Part shown: in pieces, positions 9,995 through 20,002 of the stretch
Layout: the number at the start of each line of letters is the position of its first letter
How positions within the stretch are numbered: the first letter of the stretch is position 1
Assembly: GCA_049609625.1 (NCBI GenBank)
Contig: JBMYYR010000005.1
Location: 1 to 54,121 of the forward strand
Length of the DNA stretch: 54,121 nt
Reading direction: 5' to 3'
Source of the DNA: Flavobacteriales bacterium
Lineage (GTDB): Bacteria > Bacteroidota > Bacteroidia > Flavobacteriales > CAJXXR01
The notes under the pieces: generated by a model
What the model was told of the DNA's origin: nothing
The model's input: the letters and a program-made list of their open reading frames with translations, nothing else
Database searches by the model: none
Translations under genes and position numbers: made by a program

Positions 9995-10879
9995 TCAACT
10001 TTTTGAATGATGGTAGATTGTTTTATTCTTCTGCACGACTACATTAACAAGAAAAACAATAAAAAACTGAAGGCCCAAAATAGTGGCCATTGCTCCAGCA
10101 ACAGAAGCATTGAGTTTGACCGACAATAGATAGCCCCAAAACACGGCGTGAATGCTGAATCCACAGGCTAAATAAATCATTTTTTTGAGTTGTTTGGAAA
10201 GTAAATAGGCTGTTGCGGAGGGCACAACCAAAAAAGCAAGTACCAAAATAGCACCAACAGATTCGAAAGAAAATACGGTTACAAAAGACACCAAAGACAT
10301 TAAACCATAGTTGATGGCAGCAACCGACATACCGATACTGGCGGCGTAAAGCGGATCGAAACTTGTGATTTTCAATCCATTGAAAGCAAAACTAATTAAT
10401 CCGACAACGACAATCAACATACAAAGTCCTAAAACAAAAGCTCTTGGCAGCCAAATGGTTGAGCTTAGCTGAATAAGATCTAAAGGCACATAAGCAATTT
10501 CGCCAAAAAGCACACAGTCTTGATCGATATCGAGGTTGTCATTAAAAAATGAAATCATAATAACTCCAATGGCAAACAACCACGTATACGTTACGCCGAT
10601 AGAGGCATCTTCTTGCAAACGCCCGATTTTATTGAAGCTCTCAATCATGAAAGTACTCAAAACTCCAAGTCCGGCAGCGGCAAAAAGCATTGGCAAAGCG
10701 CTGTAAGATTGTGTAAACAAATAGGCGATTACAATCCCTGGCAAAACAGCGTGAGAAATTGCGTCGCCAATCATAGCCATTTTTCTGAGAATCAAGAAAC
10801 TACCGAGAATTGCACTCGGAATGGCGATGCATACGGCCGTTAAGAAAATCCAAAGAAAATTTGTGTCGAAATACTGCAT
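9995..10879 (-). CDS. Mn/Zn/Fe ABC transporter permease (TroD/MntD-like)
   Basis: ABC-3 motif LRKMAMIGDAISHAVLPG, DLDIDQDCVLFGEI-type loop (NLDIDQDCVLFGEI), multiple TM helices. Last gene of the operon. Confidence 0.93.
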   Translation of the reverse strand: MQYFDTNFLWIFLTAVCIAIPSAILGSFLILRKMAMIGDAISHAVLPGIVIAYLFTQSYSALPMLFAAAGLGVLSTFMIESFNKIGRLQEDASIGVTYTWLFAIGVIMISFFNDNLDIDQDCVLFGEIAYVPLDLIQLSSTIWLPRAFVLGLCMLIVVVGLISFAFNGLKITSFDPLYAASIGMSVAAINYGLMSLVSFVTVFSFESVGAILVLAFLVVPSATAYLLSKQLKKMIYLACGFSIHAVFWGYLLSVKLNASVAGAMATILGLQFFIVFLVNVVVQKNKTIYHHSKS

Positions 10880-12127
10880 TTAGTTGTACGGAATTTGGTT
10901 TTGATGCGGATCTTGAACTGGAAAATCTAAGAGTTGTTCAAGTTCGGCTTCGAGTTCGTCATTGATAAAATGCTCGATGGTGTCGGCATCTTCGTGTACG
11001 TGATCGCCTTTTACTTTAAGTTTGGTACTGAGGTACATTTCCCAAAGTCGGTGGAGTTTCACGATGCGTTTTGCTCGAGTTAATCCCTTATCTGTCAATC
11101 GAATACCGCTATTTTTAGATAAAAAACCTTGTTGTTTTAATGTTTTGATGCCTTTTCTGAGTAAAGCAATATCGAAATACCGACGTTCTAAAACAGCGGA
11201 TTCTTGACGTAGTTCTAAAAAATCTGATTGCGCTTCGCCGAGATGATAAATGGTTTTGAGAATGTTGTCTTCCAACATTTTATTTCTGATGTTTTTTCGT
11301 TTTTGGAGTCGAGAAAATAGTCCTTTTTTGGGTGAAAAAAGTATGGAAAAAATGGCAAAAAAGGATAGAAAAATAACAATCCACGGCCCTGTTGGCATTT
11401 TCACGGCAGACATCGAAACCAAAACACCCAAAAGACCAGAACACATGGCAAAAAGTGCCGAAAGGATTAACATCGACTTCAAATTATTGGTCCAAAACCG
11501 AGCTGAAGATGCTGGCGTAACCAAAAGTGCGGCCATTAAAACAATTCCAACAACCTGAATACCAACAACTATAACTAAAATTGTAAGCACCGACAACAAC
11601 CATTCACTGAGTTTGACATTCATGCCAATGGTTTTGGCATAGGCTCTATCAAAAGACAACAATAAAAAATTCCGAAAGAAGGCTACAATGGCTAAAATGA
11701 TTAATCCAGAAATTGATGCCAGCCAATATAAATCAGCTTTGAGCATAGCGGCAGCTTTTCCGAACAAAAACTTATCTAAACCCGTTTGTGCCGATTGATA
11801 TTCATGTTGAATATGCGTGAATAATAAGACTCCAAATCCAAAAAAGACGGAAAGTACCAGCGCAATGGCGGTATCGGTTTTGAGTTTTGAATAACGCGTT
11901 AAAACATCCACCAAAGTGATGGACAAATAGCCTGTAAAACATGCGCCCAAAATAAGATAAATCGGGTCTTGAGACTGGCTCAACATGAAGCCCAAAGCAA
12001 TACCCGGAAAAACCGAATGCGCAATGGCATCGCCAATAAGCGCTTGTTTTCTCAAAAAGGTAAATGAGCCAATAAGTCCAGAAGCTAAACCGAGCAAAGC
12101 CACGCCAAAAATCACCGAATACATCAT
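10880..12127 (-). CDS. Mn/Zn/Fe ABC transporter permease fused to a C-terminal DtxR-like domain (TroC/YtgCR-like)
   Basis: N-terminal ABC-3 permease (LRKQALIGDAIAHSVFPG). C-terminal EDNILKTIY...LTDKG...HRLWEMYL...VHEDADTIEH...DPHQNQIP resembles the DtxR metal-binding and dimerisation domain. Confidence 0.92.
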   Translation of the reverse strand: MMYSVIFGVALLGLASGLIGSFTFLRKQALIGDAIAHSVFPGIALGFMLSQSQDPIYLILGACFTGYLSITLVDVLTRYSKLKTDTAIALVLSVFFGFGVLLFTHIQHEYQSAQTGLDKFLFGKAAAMLKADLYWLASISGLIILAIVAFFRNFLLLSFDRAYAKTIGMNVKLSEWLLSVLTILVIVVGIQVVGIVLMAALLVTPASSARFWTNNLKSMLILSALFAMCSGLLGVLVSMSAVKMPTGPWIVIFLSFFAIFSILFSPKKGLFSRLQKRKNIRNKMLEDNILKTIYHLGEAQSDFLELRQESAVLERRYFDIALLRKGIKTLKQQGFLSKNSGIRLTDKGLTRAKRIVKLHRLWEMYLSTKLKVKGDHVHEDADTIEHFINDELEAELEQLLDFPVQDPHQNQIPYN

Positions 12128-12918
12128 ATACTTTGGTGGTCTTTTCGCCCAACTTCCGAGGCTTTTAATACATCAAAAACTTGACTTAAAATACTTAATT
12201 GACCGCCATAAGTGGCTTCGAGATTAGCTTGCGTGAGCACGTCATCAGTCTCGCCAACATCAACCATTCGGGTGTTGAGTAAAATGAGGTGATCGAAATA
12301 TTTTCTTACGGTTTGAAGGTCGTGATGCACCACCAAAACGGTTTTTCCTTCGGCTTTCATCACTTTTAGAAGATTGATGATGGATTTTTCGGTTGTGGCA
12401 TCCACGCCAGCAAAAGGTTCGTCCAACAAATAGAGTTGAGCATTTTGAGCCAAAGCTCGTGCAATAAATACCCGTTGTTGTTGACCTCCAGAGAGTTCTG
12501 AGATTTGTCTTTTGCTAAAATCAGCCATATTAACTTTTTCTAAACAATGCATTCCCCAGGTTTTATCGGCTTTAGAAAGTCGCTTATAAAATGGTCTTTG
12601 GGCGTAAATCCCCATCAAAACGACATCCAAAACTGAAGCCGGAAAATCCCAATCGACACTTTCTCTTTGCGGTACATAAGCCACTTTTTTACGGACATCT
12701 TGAAGTTTGTTTCCAAACAATTTCACAAAACCGCTGTCTAAAGGCAATAAATCCATCAAAGCTTTGAGCAAGGTCGATTTTCCTGAACCATTTGGACCTA
12801 AAACACCACATAAAACGCCTTTTGGAATTTCAAAATCGACATCCCACAAGACTGGTTTTTTGTCGTAGCTCACGGTTAAATCGTGAACTTCTATTAAGGC
12901 TTCTTTGCGCTCTTCCAT
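12124..12918 (-). CDS. metal ABC transporter ATP-binding protein (TroB/MntB-like)
   Basis: GPNGSGKST, AYVPQRESVDWDFP, LSGGQQQR, LLDEPFAGVD, VHHDL. Confidence 0.96.
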   Translation of the reverse strand: MEERKEALIEVHDLTVSYDKKPVLWDVDFEIPKGVLCGVLGPNGSGKSTLLKALMDLLPLDSGFVKLFGNKLQDVRKKVAYVPQRESVDWDFPASVLDVVLMGIYAQRPFYKRLSKADKTWGMHCLEKVNMADFSKRQISELSGGQQQRVFIARALAQNAQLYLLDEPFAGVDATTEKSIINLLKVMKAEGKTVLVVHHDLQTVRKYFDHLILLNTRMVDVGETDDVLTQANLEATYGGQLSILSQVFDVLKASEVGRKDHQSI

Positions 12919-13841
12919 TAGTTTTTCATTGCCTCTACAAAGGTGTTCGTATTGTGTTGCAACATCCCGATATAAGTTCCTTCGGGCGTTCCTTCATCGC
13001 CCATAGCATCAGAAAAAAGCTCGCCTCCAATGTTGATATTAAAACCTGCCGATTGACATTGCTCAACGACCGACTGAATGGCTTTTGGAGAAACCGAACT
13101 TTCGACAAAAATGGCTGGAATTTGACGCTCAATCAAGGTATTTACCGTGTTTTGAACATCTTTTAAACCAAATTCGGTTGAAGTCGACAAACCTTGAAGT
13201 GCCAAAACTTCAATATTGTACCGACGTCCAAAATAAGCAAAGGCATCGTGAGCCGTATAAAGCACACGACGGTTTTCAGGCACTTGACTCAATTTTGTTC
13301 TAATTTCTTGATCTAAATCACTTAGTTTTTGAAGATAAGCTGAGGTGTTTTTTTCGATTTGGATTTTATCATCAGGGAATTGATTTTGAAGTTTTAAACT
13401 CATTGCCGAAGCTACTTTTTTCCAAATCAACACATCAAACCAAAAATGCGGATCTTGACCCGAAGCAAACTCACCTGTTGTTCTAATATCGGCATCAGCC
13501 AAAGCTAAATCTGCCGACCAAACCTCTTTTCTTTTAGCTAATTTTTGAAGAATATCACCCATTTTTCCTTCAAGATGTAAACCATTATAAATAATTAAAT
13601 CGGCTTTTTGGAGGTTAACCAAATCACCCTGAGAAGCTTTGTAATAGTGTGGGTCTACGCCTGGGCCCATCAAAGCATCAACTTCATATTCGGCTGGCAA
13701 TAAATTGATAGCCAAATCTTTGAGCATTCCAGTTGTGCAAACAAGTTTAGTTTTTTCTGTTGCTTTTGGATGTTTTTCTGACTCCTGACAAGATTGTAAC
13801 ACACAAATCAAGCTGAAGAATAGGGCAATGATTTTTTTCAT
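12918..13841 (-). CDS. metal ABC transporter substrate-binding lipoprotein (TroA/MntA-like)
   Basis: Lipobox VLQSC, GPGVDPHYY, NGLHLEGKM, DPHFWFD, TAHDAFAYFGR, IFVESS, LFSDAMG. Confidence 0.95.
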   Translation of the reverse strand: MKKIIALFFSLICVLQSCQESEKHPKATEKTKLVCTTGMLKDLAINLLPAEYEVDALMGPGVDPHYYKASQGDLVNLQKADLIIYNGLHLEGKMGDILQKLAKRKEVWSADLALADADIRTTGEFASGQDPHFWFDVLIWKKVASAMSLKLQNQFPDDKIQIEKNTSAYLQKLSDLDQEIRTKLSQVPENRRVLYTAHDAFAYFGRRYNIEVLALQGLSTSTEFGLKDVQNTVNTLIERQIPAIFVESSVSPKAIQSVVEQCQSAGFNINIGGELFSDAMGDEGTPEGTYIGMLQHNTNTFVEAMKN

Positions 13842-14494
13842 AATTTATTAACTATTAGTTGTTTAGTCGCTTTTGAGCTAAGTTGTTTTTGTTCGGTGTT
13901 GTGTTCGATGATTAAACTGTCATCGAATGTAATTTTATCTAAAATTTTGAATGAAGATCCAATATCTAAACCCAAAACATTGAGGTAATTTAAAAATTCG
14001 GAAGCCTCTGAAAGCACGCCAATCAGTTGATGTTCTGCGCCAATTTCAGATTCGGATAAGACTTGACTTTCGCGCTGTGGTAATTCTCCCAACTGATTTG
14101 GAATCGGATTTCCATGCGGGTCCCAATTCGGAAAACCTAAAAACGTATCGAGTCTATGGACTAATTCTTCGGATTGAATATGCTCAAGTTGTTCGGCAAT
14201 ATCATGTACGTTTTCCCAAGAAAATTCAAGTTTTTCGACCAAAAAGAGCTCCCAAAGTCGATGTTTTCTGACAATTGAAATCGCTTTTTGACGACCAATT
14301 GCACTCAATTCAACACCTTTATACTTTATGTAAACACAAAGTTCTTTTTTGGCTAACTTCTTCAACATATCGGTTATCGAAGAGGCTTTTGTGCCTAATT
14401 CATCCGCCAAAGCGTTCGTATTTACAAACGGATTGTCATCTGTTTGCAGCTTATGAATGGCTTTTAAGTAGTTTTCTTCAGAAATTGAAAGCAT
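13838..14494 (-). CDS. mntR: DtxR/MntR-family metal-dependent repressor with C-terminal FeoA/SH3-like domain
   Basis: SEENYLKAI, HTH ASSITDMLKKL, HRLWELFL, VHDIAEQLEH, DPHGNPIP. First gene of the metal ABC operon. Confidence 0.92.
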   Translation of the reverse strand: MLSISEENYLKAIHKLQTDDNPFVNTNALADELGTKASSITDMLKKLAKKELCVYIKYKGVELSAIGRQKAISIVRKHRLWELFLVEKLEFSWENVHDIAEQLEHIQSEELVHRLDTFLGFPNWDPHGNPIPNQLGELPQRESQVLSESEIGAEHQLIGVLSEASEFLNYLNVLGLDIGSSFKILDKITFDDSLIIEHNTEQKQLSSKATKQLIVNKL

Positions 14495-14517
14495 GGATGC
14501 TGAATAAGAAATTTCAG

Positions 14518-14559
14518 CAAAGGTAAGTTTATTTTTAGGTTTGTCTAAAAATAAACTTA
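14518..14559 (-). promoter_or_regulatory. mntR operon promoter (-7 TACCTTTG, 14518-14525) overlapped by a DtxR/MntR-type operator palindrome (14524-14559)
   Basis: Perfect 15-bp inverted repeat TAAGTTTATTTTTAG-gtttgt-CTAAAAATAAACTTA. The core TTAG-N6-CTAA resembles DtxR-family boxes. Confidence 0.75.
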
Positions 14560-14802
14560 TTTTTTATTTTGAGTTCGTTTCGGGACAGGATCAAAACCAT
14601 TGCCTCCCCACGGATGGCAAGAGGCAAGGCGTTTGATTCCGAGGTATAATCCTTTAAAAAGTCCCCATTCGTTTAGTGCATCGAGCATATATTGCGAACA
14701 AGTCGGATTGTAGCGACAAGCCGCAGGAAACCATGGCGAAATAAGGATCTGATAGATTCTAACGATCAGTTTTACTGGAAAAATCAGTAGTTTTTTCAAC
14801 AT
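14557..14802 (-). CDS. yidD: membrane protein insertion efficiency factor YidD
   Basis: YQILISP...CRYNPTCSQY..A...G..KG...RL..CHPWGGNGFDPVP. ATG 14802 preferred over TTG 14805. Confidence 0.96.
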   Translation of the reverse strand: MLKKLLIFPVKLIVRIYQILISPWFPAACRYNPTCSQYMLDALNEWGLFKGLYLGIKRLASCHPWGGNGFDPVPKRTQNKK

Positions 14803-14820
14803 CAACGAAGAGCAATTAGC

Positions 14821-15645
14821 TTATTTTTTCTCAGCTAAAACAATTTGTTTGAATGGCGCATCGAAACCAGCTTCACTCAATTGTTTTTTGATCTCTCCAC
14901 GAAGTCCCCAAAAGACATCCCAATAGTCGTCAACCGTACAAAACGGAAGCGCAACCAGCTCAACGCTGCTTTCTCCTAGGTTTGTAATGTAAACAGAAGA
15001 TTTAGGATCTTTTAGAACTAAAGGGCTGTTATCCAGAATGTTTTGAACAATTTCTTGAGCTTTTTGGTGATCAGCATCATAACGAACAGCAAAAGGAATA
15101 TCGGCTCTCACATTGCCATTTGATGAAAAATTTGTAACCGTATCAGCCGTGATTTTTCCATTTGGAATGATGACGGTTTTGTTTTGAAATGTGTTTAAAA
15201 AAGTAACAAAAACAGAAACTTCTTTCACAAAGCCGAGCTGACCTCCAACTTCGATCAAATCTCCAACTTTGAACGGCTTAAAAATAAGAATCATCACACC
15301 AGAAGCTAAATTCCCTAAAGAACCTTGAAAAGCCAAGCCAATAGCCAAACCAACGGAAGCAATAAGAGCGGCAAAAGAAGTCATCTTGATACCAATAACC
15401 GAGGCTACCGTTATAAAAAGAAGAGCTTTGAGCGCAAAACCTATGCTTGTAATCAGAAATGGACGAAGGGTGTCGTCAAGCTTAGTGCGATCAAAAGCTT
15501 TTGAAATCATTTTTAGGAGCATCCTAACGATTAGGAATCCGATAAATAGAGCAACAAAAGCACCTAAAAGTCGTGGTGCCCAGGCGCTGATACTCTCTAC
15601 TCCCGAATCGAGAGCTGTAGATAATGTGTTTTGAATATTGTCCAT
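14821..15645 (-). CDS. mscS: small-conductance mechanosensitive channel
   Basis: GLAIGLAFQGSLGNLASGVMILIFKPFKVGD and VIIPNG. Start moved to ATG 15645 (MDNIQ) because a TACTTTTG -7 element lies at 15697-15704. Confidence 0.93.
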   Translation of the reverse strand: MDNIQNTLSTALDSGVESISAWAPRLLGAFVALFIGFLIVRMLLKMISKAFDRTKLDDTLRPFLITSIGFALKALLFITVASVIGIKMTSFAALIASVGLAIGLAFQGSLGNLASGVMILIFKPFKVGDLIEVGGQLGFVKEVSVFVTFLNTFQNKTVIIPNGKITADTVTNFSSNGNVRADIPFAVRYDADHQKAQEIVQNILDNSPLVLKDPKSSVYITNLGESSVELVALPFCTVDDYWDVFWGLRGEIKKQLSEAGFDAPFKQIVLAEKK

Positions 15646-15923
15646 AAAGTTAATGTGTTTGATGGTTAGTTTGCCAGTTGGCTTAAAAGTTGGATTCAAA
15701 AGTACAAAAATTCTTGATGTTATTTTTTTTGCATTCTTCATGTTGTTGAATGCGTTTTTTATAGGATATTTACATCGGGATTGATTCTTGACAATCATCT
15801 TGGTAGTCGTCTAAAGCTAGAAGATAAACTGATGGTTATCAATACGTTGAATTAATTTCCCTTAAGCGTATTCCAACTTATTTTGTTGGCAATCAAAACT
15901 TTATTGTAAACCTCAACAGAGTA

Positions 15924-18317
15924 TTGAACACATTATTAACTCTTATTAAAAAACATAGTTCCCTTTTTTTTGCTCGGCTAAAAGCCATTCGTTTTCGAGA
16001 GCTCGTCCGAATAGTCGTCGTCTCAACATTACTCCTGCTCTTCTATTTTTCTCTACCAAGGCCACTTTTCGACACACCTTATTCTAAAGTTTTGACCAGC
16101 CGAGATGGTCAGCTACTCAATGCTCGTATTGCCAAAGATGGTCAATGGCGATTTCCACCCAAAAACAAGGTTTCAGAAAAATTTTCTATTTGCATTCAAT
16201 TATTTGAGGATCAATATTTTAATTATCATTTCGGATTCAATCCTGTTTCTATTTTTAGAGCTTTAAAGGTCAATCTCGAAGCCCAAAAGGTAGTTCAAGG
16301 TGGCTCAACCATTAGTCAGCAAGTCATTCGGCTAAGCCGAAAACAAAAGCAGAGAAACTTGCTCGAAAAAATAAGAGAATTGATTCTTGCCATTAGGCTA
16401 GAATGTGGGTATTCCAAAAGCGATATTTTGGAACTTTACGCTGCTCATGCGCCTTTTGGTGGCAATGTCGTTGGTCTCGAGGCCGCTTCTTGGCGTTATT
16501 TCAACCGACATCCCGATCAATTGTCTTGGGCCGAATCAGCAACTTTGGCCGTTTTGCCCAATGCGCCAAGCCTGATTTTTCCCGGAAAAAACACAGCTCT
16601 ATTGCTCAAAAAACGAAATAAACTTTTAAAAAAGTGTCTTGATAATCAGTATATTGACTCAGTAAGCTATCAACTTGCTTTGCTTGAAGAATTGCCCAAA
16701 AAACCCTTTCCGCTACCGCAGCTAGCAGAGCATTTTCTCAACTTTTTGGACAAGCAATCTACTCAAAATCAGCATCATTCCAGTATAGATATTGCTTTGC
16801 AAGCTCGGGTTCAGAGGCTAGTTGATTTGCAGCACAAACAATTTTCTGAAAAAGAAATTCACAATGCTGCTGTTTTGGTTTTGGATGTCGAAACTCGGCA
16901 AGTCTTGTGCTATATTGGCAATACCAAAACAAGCCGAAACCATCAGGTCTTTGTCGACAATATTCAAGCTCCACGTAGTTCTGGCTCAGTACTAAAACCT
17001 TTTCTTTATGCCTCCATGCTAACAGAAGGTTCGCTTTTGCCCAAGGCTTTTATTCAAGACATTCCGACGCAATTTAGCAACTTTAAACCCAAAAATTTTA
17101 ATCACGATTTTGAAGGCCTTGTTCCTGCCGATGAAGCGCTGAGCCGGTCGCTCAATATTCCTGCAGTGCGCGCGCTCAAACAGTATGCTTATCCGAGGTT
17201 TCATCAAAAACTAAACAGCCTGGGGTTCAAACACATCAACAAAGAGGCCGACCATTATGGTTTGAGTCTAATTTTGGGCGGTAGCGAATGTAGCTTGTGG
17301 GAAATTACAGGACGTTTTGCGGGCCTCGCCAGTATCCTAAATACTTTTGATAAGCATCAAGCTTACGCCAAAAATGCCTTTGAATCTCCCAAGGTTTTGG
17401 CTTCCGATTCCTTGACATTAAACCTAAAAACAGGAGATGAATTTGATGAATTTTCTGTTGCAGCAGTATACGAAACCTTCAAAGCGTTGAAACAAGTTAA
17501 GCGTCCGTGGGGCGAGCAAGCTTGGCGTTATTTTTCTCATGCTCAAGACATTGCGTGGAAAACCGGCACGAGCTTTGGCTATCGAGACGCCTGGGCTGTG
17601 GGCTCCACAAGTCGTTATACTGTTGGGGTTTGGATGGGTAATTCCGACGGCGAAGGACGCCCAGATTTAGTTGGCGTTCGGGCCGCTGCTCCATTGATGT
17701 TTCAGGTGTTTGAAACCTTAGAGTATCGGCCTTGGCCTGCGCAAGCCATTAGCGAGTACGAACGTTTGGATCTATGCTCCAAAACAGGCCTTTTGGCGCA
17801 ATCGGCATGTCCGAAAACAACGACTCTTGTACCCAAACAAAACGGACAAAGCAAAACTTGTCCGTATCATCGGTTTGTGTTTTTGGATGAACAGGAGAAC
17901 GCTCAGGTCAATACGTCGTGCTACCCAGCATCAAAAATCAAAAAAATAGCTTGGTTTGTTTTGCCGGCAATAGAAGCGCATTTTTACCGAAAAAAACACA
18001 AGGACTATAAGGCTCTTCCTCCTTTTTTGCCTGGTTGTCAGACGAATACATCCTCTGGAATAGCGCTCATATACCCCGAACACAATACCACAATTTATTT
18101 GCCAAAAACCAAAACGGGGCAACAAACCAAAGTGGTTTTGGAAGCCACCCACACCGATAAATCTCAGCATTTGTTCTGGTTTTTGGATGAAGAGTTTATA
18201 GGCGAAACCTCAGATTTTCACACCATGACGTGTTCGCCAAAACCAGGCAAACACAAGCTAATGTTGATGAGCACATCTGGCGAAACAACACGCATGACGT
18301 TTTGGGTAAAGCACTAA
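15924..18317 (+). CDS. pbpC: penicillin-binding protein 1C (bifunctional transglycosylase/transpeptidase)
   Basis: DGQWRF, FEDQYF..H.G, GGSTISQQ, PFGGNVVG, GSVLKPF (SxxK), SLN, KTGTSFGYRDAW and a C-terminal BiPBP_C-like domain. Start codon uncertain. Confidence 0.95.
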   Translation: MNTLLTLIKKHSSLFFARLKAIRFRELVRIVVVSTLLLLFYFSLPRPLFDTPYSKVLTSRDGQLLNARIAKDGQWRFPPKNKVSEKFSICIQLFEDQYFNYHFGFNPVSIFRALKVNLEAQKVVQGGSTISQQVIRLSRKQKQRNLLEKIRELILAIRLECGYSKSDILELYAAHAPFGGNVVGLEAASWRYFNRHPDQLSWAESATLAVLPNAPSLIFPGKNTALLLKKRNKLLKKCLDNQYIDSVSYQLALLEELPKKPFPLPQLAEHFLNFLDKQSTQNQHHSSIDIALQARVQRLVDLQHKQFSEKEIHNAAVLVLDVETRQVLCYIGNTKTSRNHQVFVDNIQAPRSSGSVLKPFLYASMLTEGSLLPKAFIQDIPTQFSNFKPKNFNHDFEGLVPADEALSRSLNIPAVRALKQYAYPRFHQKLNSLGFKHINKEADHYGLSLILGGSECSLWEITGRFAGLASILNTFDKHQAYAKNAFESPKVLASDSLTLNLKTGDEFDEFSVAAVYETFKALKQVKRPWGEQAWRYFSHAQDIAWKTGTSFGYRDAWAVGSTSRYTVGVWMGNSDGEGRPDLVGVRAAAPLMFQVFETLEYRPWPAQAISEYERLDLCSKTGLLAQSACPKTTTLVPKQNGQSKTCPYHRFVFLDEQENAQVNTSCYPASKIKKIAWFVLPAIEAHFYRKKHKDYKALPPFLPGCQTNTSSGIALIYPEHNTTIYLPKTKTGQQTKVVLEATHTDKSQHLFWFLDEEFIGETSDFHTMTCSPKPGKHKLMLMSTSGETTRMTFWVKH

Positions 18318-18370
18318 ACAGAAAGTAGACTTAATGAGATGGCTAAAAATCAGATCAAACCCTCAACGTA

Positions 18371-20002
18371 CTACTTGTTCAAATCGCCACAATCTAAACA
18401 CTCCAACATGCTGTTGCCAATTCTCCATTGGTATTTATAAAGCTCGTCGCTATCAAGATTTTGATCATTTGCAAAGTCCGAATTTAGTCGATTTTTTAGC
18501 TTTGAATCAAATTCTAAAATTAAGCCATTTCTAAGATAAAGTTCGATGCTGAGTTGTTGATTTTTCATTTTATCGTATTGATTGACCAAAAAGAAGGGAT
18601 CAAGCACAAGAGCATTCGAGTCGTTCTGAAATTCATAACTAATTTGTTTTGCTCTAGCTTTAGCTTCTAAAAATTGCTCGCCATCTGCCGATTTTTTTAG
18701 CTTCATATAATTCGAAGAATTTCCCGAACTCAGCACATCAATTTCAATGTCGTCATCATAGTAATACACCTTGCCATTGTCAAAAATAAGCTCGTCAAAC
18801 AGTTGATCTTCAATTATATAATCTTGATACAAAGACACTGGACTTAATCCAACAAGCAAGGAGTCTTTTGCGTTCAGACTTACGGTTTCGCTATAGTGCC
18901 CTGTTGTGGCAAACGAAAGTGCTTGTTTTGAAGCCACAATAGCCGACACCAAAATCAAAGCAAACCAAAGCCCTGCCAAACTTAGGCTCCAGCCAAGAAA
19001 ACGTCTTTTTGTTTGAGGAAATGTTAATTTTGTACCCAAAAACATAAACAAAACAACAGGAATAATGGTGATAAGAAACAACAGCGTCATCAGAGCCCAA
19101 ATAGGCAAACCTGTATCGTTGTTTATTTCGAGTTGGTTTAGCAGTTGTGGCTTTCCGAAACCTAAAATTCCCACAAAAAACCATGAAATAAACAAAACAA
19201 TAGCAAAAATAGTAGTCTTAATAAGGATAATGAGTCCAATAATTTTAAGAAGTAAGCCAAAACCGCTACTTAATACCGATTGGATTTTACTTCCAGAATG
19301 TTGAGCATTTTTTTTTAAGTTAGAGCCCATTTCCGAAAAATCGGTATCTTTTAGTTTCTCCGAAATTTTACCTACTTCTTTCTCAAAATTACTAAATTCT
19401 TTCCTAATGCTTTTTTCAATATTGGAAATCGTAACCCGCTTACCTTCCATTTTCAGCTTTTGACTTCGAGTTGTGGCCTCCGGAACAATCATCCAAAGCA
19501 GAAGATAGATAAAAATAAAACCGCCCCAAGTAAAAATCGACAATATTAGCCAAATGATTCGCAGCCAAGTTCGTTCGATACCAATATAATGCGCCAAACC
19601 ACCCAAAACACCTCCAAGCATAGCGGTGTCGATGTCTCTAAAAAGTTCTTTTTTTGCTTTTTCTTCGGATGAATACGCCGTATGAGTCTCGCGTGTTTTT
19701 TGCCTTGTTTCTGATTGGTTTTGATACTGGCTTTGGTCTTCATCAATCAAATCCTCGGGCTGACCCATGATTGAAATAACCTCTTCAATGCTTTGCAAAT
19801 CAATAACTTGACGACTGGACTTTAGACGCTCGTTTAGCAATTCCGAAATTCGATGTTCTATATCGCTAATAATTTCATCGCCACCCTGTGTGTCGTAAAA
19901 CGACTTTTTGAGCAACACCAAATAATGTTGTAACCTATCGTAGGCTTCTTCGTCTATGTGAAAAAAAGTACCTCCAAGATTAATGTTTATTGTCTTATTC
20001 AT
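18371..20002 (-). CDS. PspC domain-containing membrane protein
   Basis: MNKTININLGGTFFHIDEEAY...IISDIEHRISEL...MGQPED, PspC motif LFRD...MLGGVLGGLAHY...YLLLWMIVPEA, and further TM helices. Confidence 0.9.
   Translation of the reverse strand: MNKTININLGGTFFHIDEEAYDRLQHYLVLLKKSFYDTQGGDEIISDIEHRISELLNERLKSSRQVIDLQSIEEVISIMGQPEDLIDEDQSQYQNQSETRQKTRETHTAYSSEEKAKKELFRDIDTAMLGGVLGGLAHYIGIERTWLRIIWLILSIFTWGGFIFIYLLLWMIVPEATTRSQKLKMEGKRVTISNIEKSIRKEFSNFEKEVGKISEKLKDTDFSEMGSNLKKNAQHSGSKIQSVLSSGFGLLLKIIGLIILIKTTIFAIVLFISWFFVGILGFGKPQLLNQLEINNDTGLPIWALMTLLFLITIIPVVLFMFLGTKLTFPQTKRRFLGWSLSLAGLWFALILVSAIVASKQALSFATTGHYSETVSLNAKDSLLVGLSPVSLYQDYIIEDQLFDELIFDNGKVYYYDDDIEIDVLSSGNSSNYMKLKKSADGEQFLEAKARAKQISYEFQNDSNALVLDPFFLVNQYDKMKNQQLSIELYLRNGLILEFDSKLKNRLNSDFANDQNLDSDELYKYQWRIGNSMLECLDCGDLNK

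Noticed and set aside
15646-15798. N-terminal extension of the mscS ORF in the track
   Set aside because: Low-complexity sequence containing the likely promoter. ATG 15645 gives a normal-sized MscS.
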